From Deltaproteobacteria bacterium TL4 (lineage in GTDB: Bacteria > SAR324 > NAC60-12), in the NCBI GenBank assembly GCA_051382335.1, contig JBBCAX010000025.1, positions 1 to 64,000 of the forward strand: a stretch of DNA of 64,000 nt. Reading direction: 5' to 3'. This document shows, piece by piece, positions 49,385 through 58,618 of the stretch. Made by a program: the position numbers and the translations under genes. How positions within the stretch are numbered: position 1 is the first letter of the stretch; each line of letters starts with the position of its first letter. The notes below the pieces were generated by a model. The model had not been told where the DNA came from. It saw only the letters and a program-made list of their open reading frames with translations, and ran no database searches.

Positions 49385-51868
49385 TCACACCACAATATTT
49401 ACCAATTTATTTTGTACAACAATGACTCGTTTAACCACGCTATCCATCAGATATTCTTTAATTTTTTGAGTTTCTAAGACTCTTTTTTCAATTTCTGTTT
49501 TTGTTAAAGAAACGGGGATTTCCAAACGGTCTCTAACTTTGCCGTTGATCTGGACCACTAGAGTCATAACCTCTTCAGTGGCGAGTTCCTCGTTATATTG
49601 AGGCCAAGATTGACAATGAATACTTTTTGCTCCGTGATGAAACCGCATCCAAAGCTCTTCGCAAAGATGCGGAGCGATAGGCGCCAGCATTAAGATCAAA
49701 GTGTCAAAACACTCACTCAGTAGATCACACTGTCCCACCTGATTGACGTTCTCTTTCAAAACATTCCGAAAAGACATCAATGCGGCAATTGCGGTATTGA
49801 ATTTAAATTGTTCGTAATCCAGCGTTACCTTTTTCAAGGTTTGATGCAGAGTTTTCTTTAGAGTTTGTGACACTTCTGGATCAGGCCCCTCTGGCAAGAC
49901 GGGATAGGATTGAGTGCATAACATCCACAAACCTCTTAGAAATCGACTTGCTCCCTCGATGCCTTTTGGATTCCATGGAGCTCCTGCTTCCCAAGGCCCC
50001 AAAAACATCAAATAGGTTCGAACCACATCCGTTCCATGGCTTTTCACTAGGTCGTCAGGGTTAACCACATTGCCACGACTTTTTGACATTTTTTCGTGAT
50101 CCTCTCCCAAGATCATCCCTTGATTAAACAAACGTTTTGCTGGTTCCCGAAAATCGATCAGCCCTATATCCGCCATAACTTTGGTAAAAAAACGAAAGTA
50201 CAACAGATGCATAGTTGCGTGTTCAACCCCTCCGGTATACTGATCTACCGGCATCCATTTTTTGATCACATCCGCGTCAAAGGGAAGGGACTCACGACTT
50301 AATGGCTGACCTTGACGCCAATAAGGAGACAGATAGGCGTACTGATACCAAGACGAACAAATAAAGGTATCCATGGTATCCGTTTCACGTTCAGCAGGTT
50401 TGCCGCATTGAGGGCAAGTGGTCTTTAAGAAGCCCAAGTGATATTTCAAAGGACTTTCACCGGTCGGTTTAAAATCCGCATCATCGGGAAGTACCACAGG
50501 CAAGTTTTCAAAAGGAACAGGAACAGCACCACATTGATCACAGTGAATCATGGGAATCGGAGTTCCCCACATACGCTGGCGACTGATCAGCCAGTCATGC
50601 AAGCGATAATTGATTTGGCGTTCTCCAATGCCTTTTTCCCGCATCCAGTCTGCCATTTTGTTGAAACTTTCAGGCCATTCCAAGCCCGAGAACGCTCCAC
50701 TATTCACCATGACGGTATCTTCTTTGAGCACCATAGCCTCTGACAAGACTTGATTTTTCTGGTCTTCCTCGCCCTTTCTACAAATCACAATCGGGATGGC
50801 CAGATTATATTTCTTAGCAAAAGCAAAATCCCTCGTATCATGAGCGGGTACAGCCATGATTGCGCCGGTTCCGTAAGAACTGAGGACATAGTCTGCAATC
50901 CAAATCGGTATTTTCTGCTGATTCACAGGATTTATCGCATAAGCCCCGGTAAACACGCCATCTTTTTCCTTATCTTCTGCAGTACGTTCAATTTCACTCT
51001 TTTGTGTAGCCTTTTCCTGATATTGCGTCACGACTTCGCGCTGTCTGTCCGAGGTAATCTTCGTCACTAGATCGTGTTCCGGAGAAAGAACACAAAAAGT
51101 CATCCCAAACACGGTATCTGGACGTGTGGTGTAGACTCTAAAACTCAAGCTTTCATGTCCATCGACATTTAAAGCAAATTCAACGCCCTGACTTTTGCCA
51201 ATCCAGTTAGTCTGCATCGTGATCACACGATCAGGCCACGTTAAATCATCAAACTTTAAAAGTTCATCAGCATACTTTGTGATTCTCAACTTCCACTGAT
51301 TCAAAGCCTTTTTAATGACAGGAGTATCGCATCGCTCGCAGATTTGATTTTCGCCAACCACTTGCTCGCGAGCCAAGGTTGTATTACATTTCGTACAAAA
51401 ATCAACAGGGGCATACTCCCGATAGACCAGACCTTTTTCATGAAATTTGAGAAATAACCATTGACTCCATTTATAATAGTCAGACTCACACGTGACGATT
51501 TCATGGGACCAATCAAACATGGTTCCCATGTTACGTAACTGTCCACGCATCCTTTCGATATTTTTCTTGGTCCATTCTTTAGGATGAATATTGTGTTTAA
51601 TTGCCGCATTTTCCGCAGGCAATCCGAAAGAGTCAAAACCAATGGGGAAAAAAACATTGTTCCCTTGCATCCGTTTGTATCGAGACAAGGCATCGGAGGG
51701 GGCAATAGCATACCAGTGTCCGATATGTAAATCCCCAGAAGGATAGGGAAACATGGTCAACATGTAAAATTTGTTTTTTTCAGAATCCATATCAATGTCA
51801 TAGATTCCGTCTTCTTTCCATTGTTTTTGCCATTTTGATGCGATTTCGACTGGATTATATTCACTCAT
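49385..51868 (-). CDS. leuS: Leucyl-tRNA synthetase
   Basis: MFPYPSGDLHIGH, TTRPDT, GTGAIMAVPAHD, KMSKS. Confidence 0.97.
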   Translation of the reverse strand: MSEYNPVEIASKWQKQWKEDGIYDIDMDSEKNKFYMLTMFPYPSGDLHIGHWYAIAPSDALSRYKRMQGNNVFFPIGFDSFGLPAENAAIKHNIHPKEWTKKNIERMRGQLRNMGTMFDWSHEIVTCESDYYKWSQWLFLKFHEKGLVYREYAPVDFCTKCNTTLAREQVVGENQICERCDTPVIKKALNQWKLRITKYADELLKFDDLTWPDRVITMQTNWIGKSQGVEFALNVDGHESLSFRVYTTRPDTVFGMTFCVLSPEHDLVTKITSDRQREVVTQYQEKATQKSEIERTAEDKEKDGVFTGAYAINPVNQQKIPIWIADYVLSSYGTGAIMAVPAHDTRDFAFAKKYNLAIPIVICRKGEEDQKNQVLSEAMVLKEDTVMVNSGAFSGLEWPESFNKMADWMREKGIGERQINYRLHDWLISRQRMWGTPIPMIHCDQCGAVPVPFENLPVVLPDDADFKPTGESPLKYHLGFLKTTCPQCGKPAERETDTMDTFICSSWYQYAYLSPYWRQGQPLSRESLPFDADVIKKWMPVDQYTGGVEHATMHLLYFRFFTKVMADIGLIDFREPAKRLFNQGMILGEDHEKMSKSRGNVVNPDDLVKSHGTDVVRTYLMFLGPWEAGAPWNPKGIEGASRFLRGLWMLCTQSYPVLPEGPDPEVSQTLKKTLHQTLKKVTLDYEQFKFNTAIAALMSFRNVLKENVNQVGQCDLLSECFDTLILMLAPIAPHLCEELWMRFHHGAKSIHCQSWPQYNEELATEEVMTLVVQINGKVRDRLEIPVSLTKTEIEKRVLETQKIKEYLMDSVVKRVIVVQNKLVNIVV

Positions 51869-52017
51869 AGAAGTTACTTTTGTTTGAAGTTGTTATTTAG
51901 AGGGTGTTAGCTATACTTCCAAGCTTTGGAAACATTTAATCATCAAAAGACCGTCTCATTCATTATCACATTCACAATCAGTCCCTGAATCAGTACTCAC
52001 TTTGAAGTAAAGGTCCC

Positions 52018-53127
52018 ATGTTCAAAATATTAGACAGAAATCAACTATTTATCAAACCTTTAGCGACTCGGCAATCCAAATCGGATACAAGTAAAATGAT
52101 CCGCCTGGAAACACCGCTTCCTCCCTTATCTACCGAACTCCATCAACGAATTCAATTAATTGCTGAAACCATCCAAAAAGCGCGTCAACGCAACGCTCCG
52201 GTAATGATGGCGTACGGTGCCCACCTGTTCAAAAATGGGCTGGCACCTGTAGTGATTCAACTTTTGGAAAAAGGATACCTCCAACACCTTGCGACCAATG
52301 GAGCAGGAAGTATTCATGATTGGGAAATGGCATTTCAAGGAAAAACGGAAGAAAATGTAAGTCATTATATCCACGAGGGGCAATTCGGTATTTGGGAAGA
52401 AACCGGCGCTTACTTAAACCTTGCGATCCTAATGGGATCGATACAAGGCCTGGGCTATGGAGCCTCCGTTGGAAAAATGATTCATGACGATAAACTCGAT
52501 ATTCCAACAGCTGAAGCTCTCAGACAAGATATCCTGCAAAGCCTTGGAAACTCAAAGCTCACGCCTCTTTTTTCTCAGCAAAGCAATGTACTTGAAGCCT
52601 TAGAGACCTTCAAACTGAAACCCGGGGAGATGAAAATTCCTCACCCTTTCAAGCAATATAGCATTCAGCATACAGCCTATCAACTCAATATTCCCTTTAG
52701 TGTGTGCCCTGGCATTGGAGCGGATATCATCTACACTCACCCTTTGAATAACGGTGCCGCGATTGGACATTGCGCACTCCAGGACTTTCTGACCTTTGCT
52801 CAAACAGTTTCTCAGTTGGAAGGTGGGGTATTTCTTTCCGTCGGCTCTGCGGTGATGGCCCCCATGATTTTTGAAAAAGCGATTTCCATGGCACGAAACC
52901 TCGCATTACAGCAAAACCGGACTTTAGAAAATTATCACCTTATTGTCAACGATATCCAACCCGGTACATGGAATTGGCACGAGGGAGAACCTCCTAAAGA
53001 TCATCCCGCTTATTATTTACGATTCTGTAAATCATTTTCCAGAATGGGCGGAAAGTTTGAGTACCTCAAACTCGATAATATTGCGTTTCTCAGGCACTTA
53101 CATCACCTCTTATTGAATCCTTCATGA
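52018..53127 (+). CDS. Uncharacterised protein, probable deoxyhypusine-synthase-like (DHS-like NAD-binding) fold
   Basis: GAHLFKNG, ATNGAGSIHD, GQFGIWEETG, GSAVMAPMIFEKA. Confidence 0.55.
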   Translation: MFKILDRNQLFIKPLATRQSKSDTSKMIRLETPLPPLSTELHQRIQLIAETIQKARQRNAPVMMAYGAHLFKNGLAPVVIQLLEKGYLQHLATNGAGSIHDWEMAFQGKTEENVSHYIHEGQFGIWEETGAYLNLAILMGSIQGLGYGASVGKMIHDDKLDIPTAEALRQDILQSLGNSKLTPLFSQQSNVLEALETFKLKPGEMKIPHPFKQYSIQHTAYQLNIPFSVCPGIGADIIYTHPLNNGAAIGHCALQDFLTFAQTVSQLEGGVFLSVGSAVMAPMIFEKAISMARNLALQQNRTLENYHLIVNDIQPGTWNWHEGEPPKDHPAYYLRFCKSFSRMGGKFEYLKLDNIAFLRHLHHLLLNPS

Positions 53128-53138
53128 GCGAATAACAA

Positions 53139-54290
53139 ATGACAGTGATAAAAAGATGTTTTCTTATAATCTGTTGCTTATGCGGCCACTTCGGATTGAC
53201 GAGTGCACGGGAAAACCTTAAAGTCAGTGACGAATTATTTGAGCGTTTCTACAGAACAAACGTTATGGAGGGAACAATAACTCCTGGACATTTCGGCATT
53301 GGTCTTAATTCCGGCGATGACTTTTTTTTTACAGGTTTTATCGCAGAAATGCCACTGTTGGAGGGGAAATGGGTGGTCGCGCCCAGTTTAGGAATGCTAT
53401 GGTATGACTATGCTCTTGAGGGAGACGGAGGACCTGTTTCAGAAACAAGCCGAAGCTTAGGAATCAATTATTACCTGATGCCGCTCAAACTTGAGCTCTT
53501 TACAGGATATAACCTCCGCCAGGGAAAAGACATCCCGGCCGGATCCAAATTAGCACCAGGAATTTCAGCAGACGATTATGAGACAAAAGCAGAAGGAAAT
53601 TATTACCTCTATTTTCGTAATATGCTCTTCCAACTAGAAACACTCCTTGATTTGAACTTTGCCCCCAATGCCAGGGATTTAGCCAAGACCTACCTACAAT
53701 CCTTATTCAAAACGAGCACTTCCGTGAAAGTGGGCCTTGTCTATAATCACGTTCTCTCAAATTTGGATTATATGAGCGTAACGTCTGAGACGTCAGGAGT
53801 TCCGCATAAAAAAACGGAGACGCGCACTCAGGAACACTATGAAACGTCAATCTTGATCCGAAAAGACTTCACCTTAGTCTCAGGGGTAGGAAAAAGAAGA
53901 ATAAACAAAACAAAGTCCAACTATGGAGGGTATTGGTTTGTTAAGTATGGGAAAGCCTTTGAGGTCGCCCCGCAAACAGAGGAAACCTATCACAGTCAGT
54001 TCAACGCAGGAGGCCATACCTTTTTCCTGGCAGAAGCCTCCTCGTGGTATCTATTGGGAATCAGCCAAAGTGAGGAAAACGGACTGGGATACCGTTTGGG
54101 AATCAACTATGCGATTTCAGGAACCAGTAAAGCGGTTCTTCGTACGGGACTACCCAAATTTGGAAGAGAGTGGTCTACCGTGAAAAACTTCTGGGTAACC
54201 ATGACTTACCAAAGAAACTATATCATGGAAACCCTCCTTGGACCAGACACAAAGCTTTCTTCCTGGTTAATCAGTCTGAATTATAAGTGA
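53139..54290 (+). CDS. Exported hypothetical protein, possible outer-membrane beta-barrel
   Basis: Signal-like N-terminus, Tyr/Gly-rich alternating strands, C-terminus WLISLNYK. Confidence 0.45.
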   Translation: MTVIKRCFLIICCLCGHFGLTSARENLKVSDELFERFYRTNVMEGTITPGHFGIGLNSGDDFFFTGFIAEMPLLEGKWVVAPSLGMLWYDYALEGDGGPVSETSRSLGINYYLMPLKLELFTGYNLRQGKDIPAGSKLAPGISADDYETKAEGNYYLYFRNMLFQLETLLDLNFAPNARDLAKTYLQSLFKTSTSVKVGLVYNHVLSNLDYMSVTSETSGVPHKKTETRTQEHYETSILIRKDFTLVSGVGKRRINKTKSNYGGYWFVKYGKAFEVAPQTEETYHSQFNAGGHTFFLAEASSWYLLGISQSEENGLGYRLGINYAISGTSKAVLRTGLPKFGREWSTVKNFWVTMTYQRNYIMETLLGPDTKLSSWLISLNYK

Positions 54291-54365
54291 GGTCTTCCAT
54301 CGGCCCCAATCCAGGGCGAAACAGTGTTGGCAAGATATTTTTTTCAATACTTCGTACTTGTCATT

Positions 54366-54929
54366 TCAATCCATAAAAAGTTCAGGCTCATCCTCTCCCC
54401 CTCGATATAGGGTATGGCACCCCCGACAGCCCTCCGAATCAAAGTTTCTTAATTGGGCATTTACGGCTCTACGGTTTCCTGTTTTAGCAATTTGAGCCAG
54501 TTTCCGAGCCTCCACTTTCATATTTTCCGCCTGTTTGATAAAGCCTGGAACCAGATTCCCCTCTTTGTCCCAAATGGAAGGAAGCGTTCGAGATTTGTCA
54601 CTCAAACTGCCTTTGGGGAATAGCAATAAAATATCTTCTGCCATTTTACTCAAGGTTTCAGCATGTGTGATAATTTGCTCACTCAGTCCAATATTTTGGG
54701 TGACAAGCAGTTTAAGCGCCTGATGGTGATAGCCTTTGATATCCATAAAAATTTTACGATATTTTGCCATTTGCTTCACATTGATCTTTTCTTGAGCAAA
54801 GGCAGAGCTTGCGTTCGTAGTGAGCAGACACATCAGACAGCCGCACAAAACGACGAGTTGAGCCCACGAAGAGGGGCTGAATGGTCTCCTTCTGAACAAC
54901 ACTTTAAGTGCTTGTAATGTTTGTGGCAT
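54366..54929 (-). CDS. Class II cytochrome c (cytochrome c-prime family)
   Basis: Signal ending AFA-QE, LFPKGS, PSIW, single C-terminal CRGCHTLYR. Start uncertain (54929-54971). Confidence 0.8.
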   Translation of the reverse strand: MPQTLQALKVLFRRRPFSPSSWAQLVVLCGCLMCLLTTNASSAFAQEKINVKQMAKYRKIFMDIKGYHHQALKLLVTQNIGLSEQIITHAETLSKMAEDILLLFPKGSLSDKSRTLPSIWDKEGNLVPGFIKQAENMKVEARKLAQIAKTGNRRAVNAQLRNFDSEGCRGCHTLYRGGEDEPELFMD

Positions 54930-54994
54930 CCGATCCTCGAAAAAATAGTCACGACTTACTATGCGCATCATGAGTGAGTTTTCCGTTTAAGGGC

Positions 54995-55765
54995 TCACAG
55001 ATGAGACGGCGTTGCATATTCGGCCAATTCCAACAACAGCTTTTCGTGGAAAGACTCAAAGTTTTCCTTATGAAAGAAATGTCCTCCTGGAAAAACATAA
55101 AAATTGACTTTCTTGGTACTGTGCTCTTGCCATGCTTCAATTTCTGCAGGCCGGACCCGAGCATCCTCCTTTCCAGCAAAAGCCGAAATTCTGCAATCAA
55201 GGATCGGTTCATTCATGTAACGGTATCGTTCACACACTTGAAAATCGGAACGTATCGTTGGTGTGATCATTTGCATAAGTTCCGCATTAGCCAGTACTTC
55301 CTTTGGGGTTCCTCCCAATAACCGAAGTTCTTCCCATAATTGTTTTTCAGAAAGGTTGTGCAAAGGAGGAAACCCTCTGGGAAGATGGGGTGCACGATGT
55401 GCGGCAACCAACAACTGAAGGGGAAGAACGTGATTGCGTCGACGTAAGTATCGTGTTAGTTCAAAACTGATTAACGCGCCCATACTATGCCCAAAGAAGA
55501 GAAAGGGACGATCACATAAAGGAATGATGACTTCGCCCAAATCATCAATCAAGTTCGAAAGATGGAGGTAAGGAGGCTCTGAAAACCGATTTTCTCTGCC
55601 AGGTAACTGCGCCACAAAAATGTCAAAATGAGAAGGAAGCGCATTCACCATTGAAAAAAAAGAGACGGCGCCTAGCCCCGCCGAGTTAAAAAGAAACATT
55701 CGAATCGGTGCTTTGGGCTTAGGCTTGGGATTTTGAAACCAGGAGGTACTTTTCTGTTCATTCAT
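54995..55765 (-). CDS. Type II thioesterase (GrsT-like alpha/beta hydrolase)
   Basis: QLPGRENR, FGHSMG, GKEDA, FPGGHFF. Confidence 0.9.
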   Translation of the reverse strand: MNEQKSTSWFQNPKPKPKAPIRMFLFNSAGLGAVSFFSMVNALPSHFDIFVAQLPGRENRFSEPPYLHLSNLIDDLGEVIIPLCDRPFLFFGHSMGALISFELTRYLRRRNHVLPLQLLVAAHRAPHLPRGFPPLHNLSEKQLWEELRLLGGTPKEVLANAELMQMITPTIRSDFQVCERYRYMNEPILDCRISAFAGKEDARVRPAEIEAWQEHSTKKVNFYVFPGGHFFHKENFESFHEKLLLELAEYATPSHL

Positions 55766-55945
55766 AAGCGAATTGATGATTGATGTTGAATGGTCGTGCT
55801 GAACAAATCAAGAGACATTTTAAGTCGTTACTTTTCAAATGTCGATTGTTCTTTTGATTTTTTTTAAAATCATGTTACACATTAGCCAGCATTGAGAATT
55901 ATAAAATTCTATTTCCACCTCATCTTAGTCAACCCAAAGAAAGCC

Positions 55946-56899
55946 ATGAAGACAAGTAACACACCCCAATACTTACTAACCCTTGAAGAAATGGCTCAAC
56001 TGCTGAATTGCAGCAGTACCAAACTGAGTAAAAAGCTTAAAATCAAACTTTCCTCAGAATCTTCTTCAAACAAAATCACTCTAACGCCTCAAGTGGTAAA
56101 GCAGCACTTGCAGCAATGCGGATATCCCTATGCCTTTAGAATAATAGCAAACATCAATCTTCGAGGGGGCATCGGTAAAACAACCTGTACGATCACAACA
56201 GCAAGCCGTGCAGCTCAATATGGTTTTAAAACCTGTATCTTGGATCTTGACGCACAAGGCTCAACATCACATGCTTTTGATCAAACCCCTGACGAAGAAG
56301 AACCTATCTTTTATGATATCTGGCAAAAACCTGCGGAACAGGTGATGGGCGCCGTCAAACAAGTGGATGAATTTCTTTACATTCTCCCCTCTTCCTTGCA
56401 AAACGCGTTGCTGGATATGAGTCTCTCCAGTCCTGCTGCCCAGAAAAACGCAGTTCGGCAAGTGTGTGAGGAACTTCGAAAAAATCATTTTGATCTGATC
56501 CTCATCGACTGCCCTCCTTCTCTCGGCGCCGCCGTTATTTCTTCGATATGCGCAGCCACAATGATTGTGATCCCTGTCTGGGGGGATCCTTTTTCTTTTA
56601 AAGGGGCGGATCTGACTTTACAGGAATTGAATTCGATTTGTGAAACTTTTGGCTTACCTATTCCAAAAATTAAATTATTATTCTCTCGCTATGACAAACG
56701 TGAAAAAATTGCGGCAGAAACACTCGAAAGGCTTCAAACTATATACAAAGATTACTTTATTCCAACGATTATTAGAACCAGCACCGAGTTCAGTAAAGCC
56801 TTACAGCGTCAAGAAACGATCTTTGCGTCTAATTTAAAAAACGTAGCAAAAGACGACTACGATGCGTTTGTTCGCGAGTTATTAGGTCTTAAGTTTTAG
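55946..56899 (+). CDS. ParA/Soj family ATPase with N-terminal HTH-like extension
   Basis: NLRGGIGKTT, LDLDAQG, LIDCPPSLG; N-terminal LTLEEMAQLLNCS. Confidence 0.85.
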   Translation: MKTSNTPQYLLTLEEMAQLLNCSSTKLSKKLKIKLSSESSSNKITLTPQVVKQHLQQCGYPYAFRIIANINLRGGIGKTTCTITTASRAAQYGFKTCILDLDAQGSTSHAFDQTPDEEEPIFYDIWQKPAEQVMGAVKQVDEFLYILPSSLQNALLDMSLSSPAAQKNAVRQVCEELRKNHFDLILIDCPPSLGAAVISSICAATMIVIPVWGDPFSFKGADLTLQELNSICETFGLPIPKIKLLFSRYDKREKIAAETLERLQTIYKDYFIPTIIRTSTEFSKALQRQETIFASNLKNVAKDDYDAFVRELLGLKF

Positions 56900-57000
56900 A
56901 AAACCAGTCTGAGGTTTGTCATTACGATAAGCTGAGTTTCAACGTCTTCAAAATGACAACATCACCTCAACGTTACTATCATTTTCTTTGGAGTTCATTT

Positions 57001-58194
57001 ATGAAAAAATGGTTATTGATACTTAATTTGTTTCTTGTCTTATTATTTGCGGTGGAAATCCACGCTAGTGAAGATGATCTCTTCAGTTCAAAACCCACAA
57101 AAATGGAACAAAAACGAAGAATTGGGTATTATCAAGGAGGCTCTTACACCGATTATCTGGCAGTGTTCAAGGCTGTGATTAAAGCCTTAATGGAAATGTC
57201 ATGGATTGAGTCCAAAGAACTTCCAGACATACAAGATGCTAATAATATCAAAGACTTATGGTTGTGGTTGGCCAAAGAAGTTTCCAGTGATTCTATTGAA
57301 TTTGTTGAAGATGCGTTCTATGATTCGAATTGGGATAATGTCACGCGGGAAAAAATTAAAACGGATGCCATCGCACGTTTAAAAAGTCATGAACTGGACC
57401 TCATGCTTGCGTTTGGAACTTGGGCAGGACAAGATTTATCGAACAATGAACACTCTGTGCCTACCATGGTGTTGTCTACAAGTGATCCTGTTTCAGCAAA
57501 GATCATCAAAAGCATTGAGGACTCCGGATATGATCACATCCATGCGCGTGTGGATCCTAACCGTTACGCAAGACAATTACAAATTTTCTATAACCTTTTT
57601 AGTTTTAAAAGACTGGGTCTAGTCTATGAAGACACCGTAGAAGGACGAAGCTATGCGGCGGTCAATATTGTTGAGATATTAGCCAAAGGCAATGGCTTCA
57701 AAGTGATTCCTTGTCATGCACAGTTTTCCAAAATCACTGAAGCCGAGGCTCAAGAGAACATTTACAAGTGTCATCAAAAACTAGCTCCTGAAATTGATGC
57801 GTTATATATCACCACACACCGAGGCATTTCAAAAACCAACATCTCGGATCTCATCACCCCCCTTATGGCCTACAAAATACCTACTTTTTCACAAATAGGA
57901 ACAGAACATGTCAAAAGCGGAGTTTTATTGAGTATGGCTGAATATCAATTTTTGTATGTAGGACATTTCTACGCGGAAACGATTGCAAAGATACTGAATG
58001 GTGCAAAACCTCGAGCCCTGAGTCAAATTTTCAAAAGTCCGCCTCAAATCGCGATCAATTTGGAAACCGCAAAAATGATAGGTTATGAGCCGCCCATCGA
58101 CGTTCTTGGGGCGGCAGATGAAATCTATGAAGTGATCATTCCGTCATCACCACAATCGCCCCTCATTGAGATGATAAACGCATGGAAAGATTAA
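57001..58194 (+). CDS. Periplasmic ABC-type substrate-binding protein (ABC_sub_bind-like)
   Basis: Signal peptide, GTWAG, SDPV, KIPTFSQ..VKSGVLLS, KILNGAKP, INLETAKMIG. Confidence 0.75.
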   Translation: MKKWLLILNLFLVLLFAVEIHASEDDLFSSKPTKMEQKRRIGYYQGGSYTDYLAVFKAVIKALMEMSWIESKELPDIQDANNIKDLWLWLAKEVSSDSIEFVEDAFYDSNWDNVTREKIKTDAIARLKSHELDLMLAFGTWAGQDLSNNEHSVPTMVLSTSDPVSAKIIKSIEDSGYDHIHARVDPNRYARQLQIFYNLFSFKRLGLVYEDTVEGRSYAAVNIVEILAKGNGFKVIPCHAQFSKITEAEAQENIYKCHQKLAPEIDALYITTHRGISKTNISDLITPLMAYKIPTFSQIGTEHVKSGVLLSMAEYQFLYVGHFYAETIAKILNGAKPRALSQIFKSPPQIAINLETAKMIGYEPPIDVLGAADEIYEVIIPSSPQSPLIEMINAWKD

Positions 58195-58196
58195 CC

Positions 58197-58414
58197 AGTG
58201 TCTGAACGAAAACTCTTCGAAGTCAGATTTTACAAGGGATGAAGGATCATATCTCCAAATGAAGATTTTAAGGTTTTTGCCTTTAGGTATTAGGTGTTGG
58301 GGGAAAATCCTGAGAATACCTAATCGCTAACACCGAACAGCCCAATCTTCGATTGTGATGAATCGCTTCTAACTGTCACAAATGCTGGCATTAGACACTT
58401 TCCGTTCAAACACT
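58197..58414. mobile_element. MITE-like element, 218 bp, 18 bp terminal inverted repeats
   Basis: agtgtctgaacgaaaact (58197-58214) versus actttccgttcaaacact (58397-58414), 15/18 complementary. Non-coding, with an internal taggtatt/aataccta hairpin. Confidence 0.65.
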
Positions 58415-58618
58415 AACTAACCATTTACAGTTTGGACTTATAGCTCTCCTCAAACGTAACTTCGTGGACCCTTACCTCACCGCCACATGCGGAACAACAG
58501 GTTTCATACCAAGGGCAGGAATCCAGTCGATTTCCAGGAAGACAAAGGCAAAAGCTGAATAGTCTCCAACGTAAAATCAGGTGGATAGCCCAAAATCAAT
58601 CACAAAAAGAGTAAATCT

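Noticed and set aside
54870..54900. Twin-arginine (RRRPF) export signal on the cytochrome c-prime
   Set aside because: The start codon is uncertain, the match is partial, and c-type apocytochromes normally use Sec.
58415..58618. Moco/Wco riboswitch upstream of the molybdoenzyme
   Set aside because: I could not find the expected conserved stems. Only a degenerate gcaggaatccag repeat fragment is visible; an Rfam scan would settle it.
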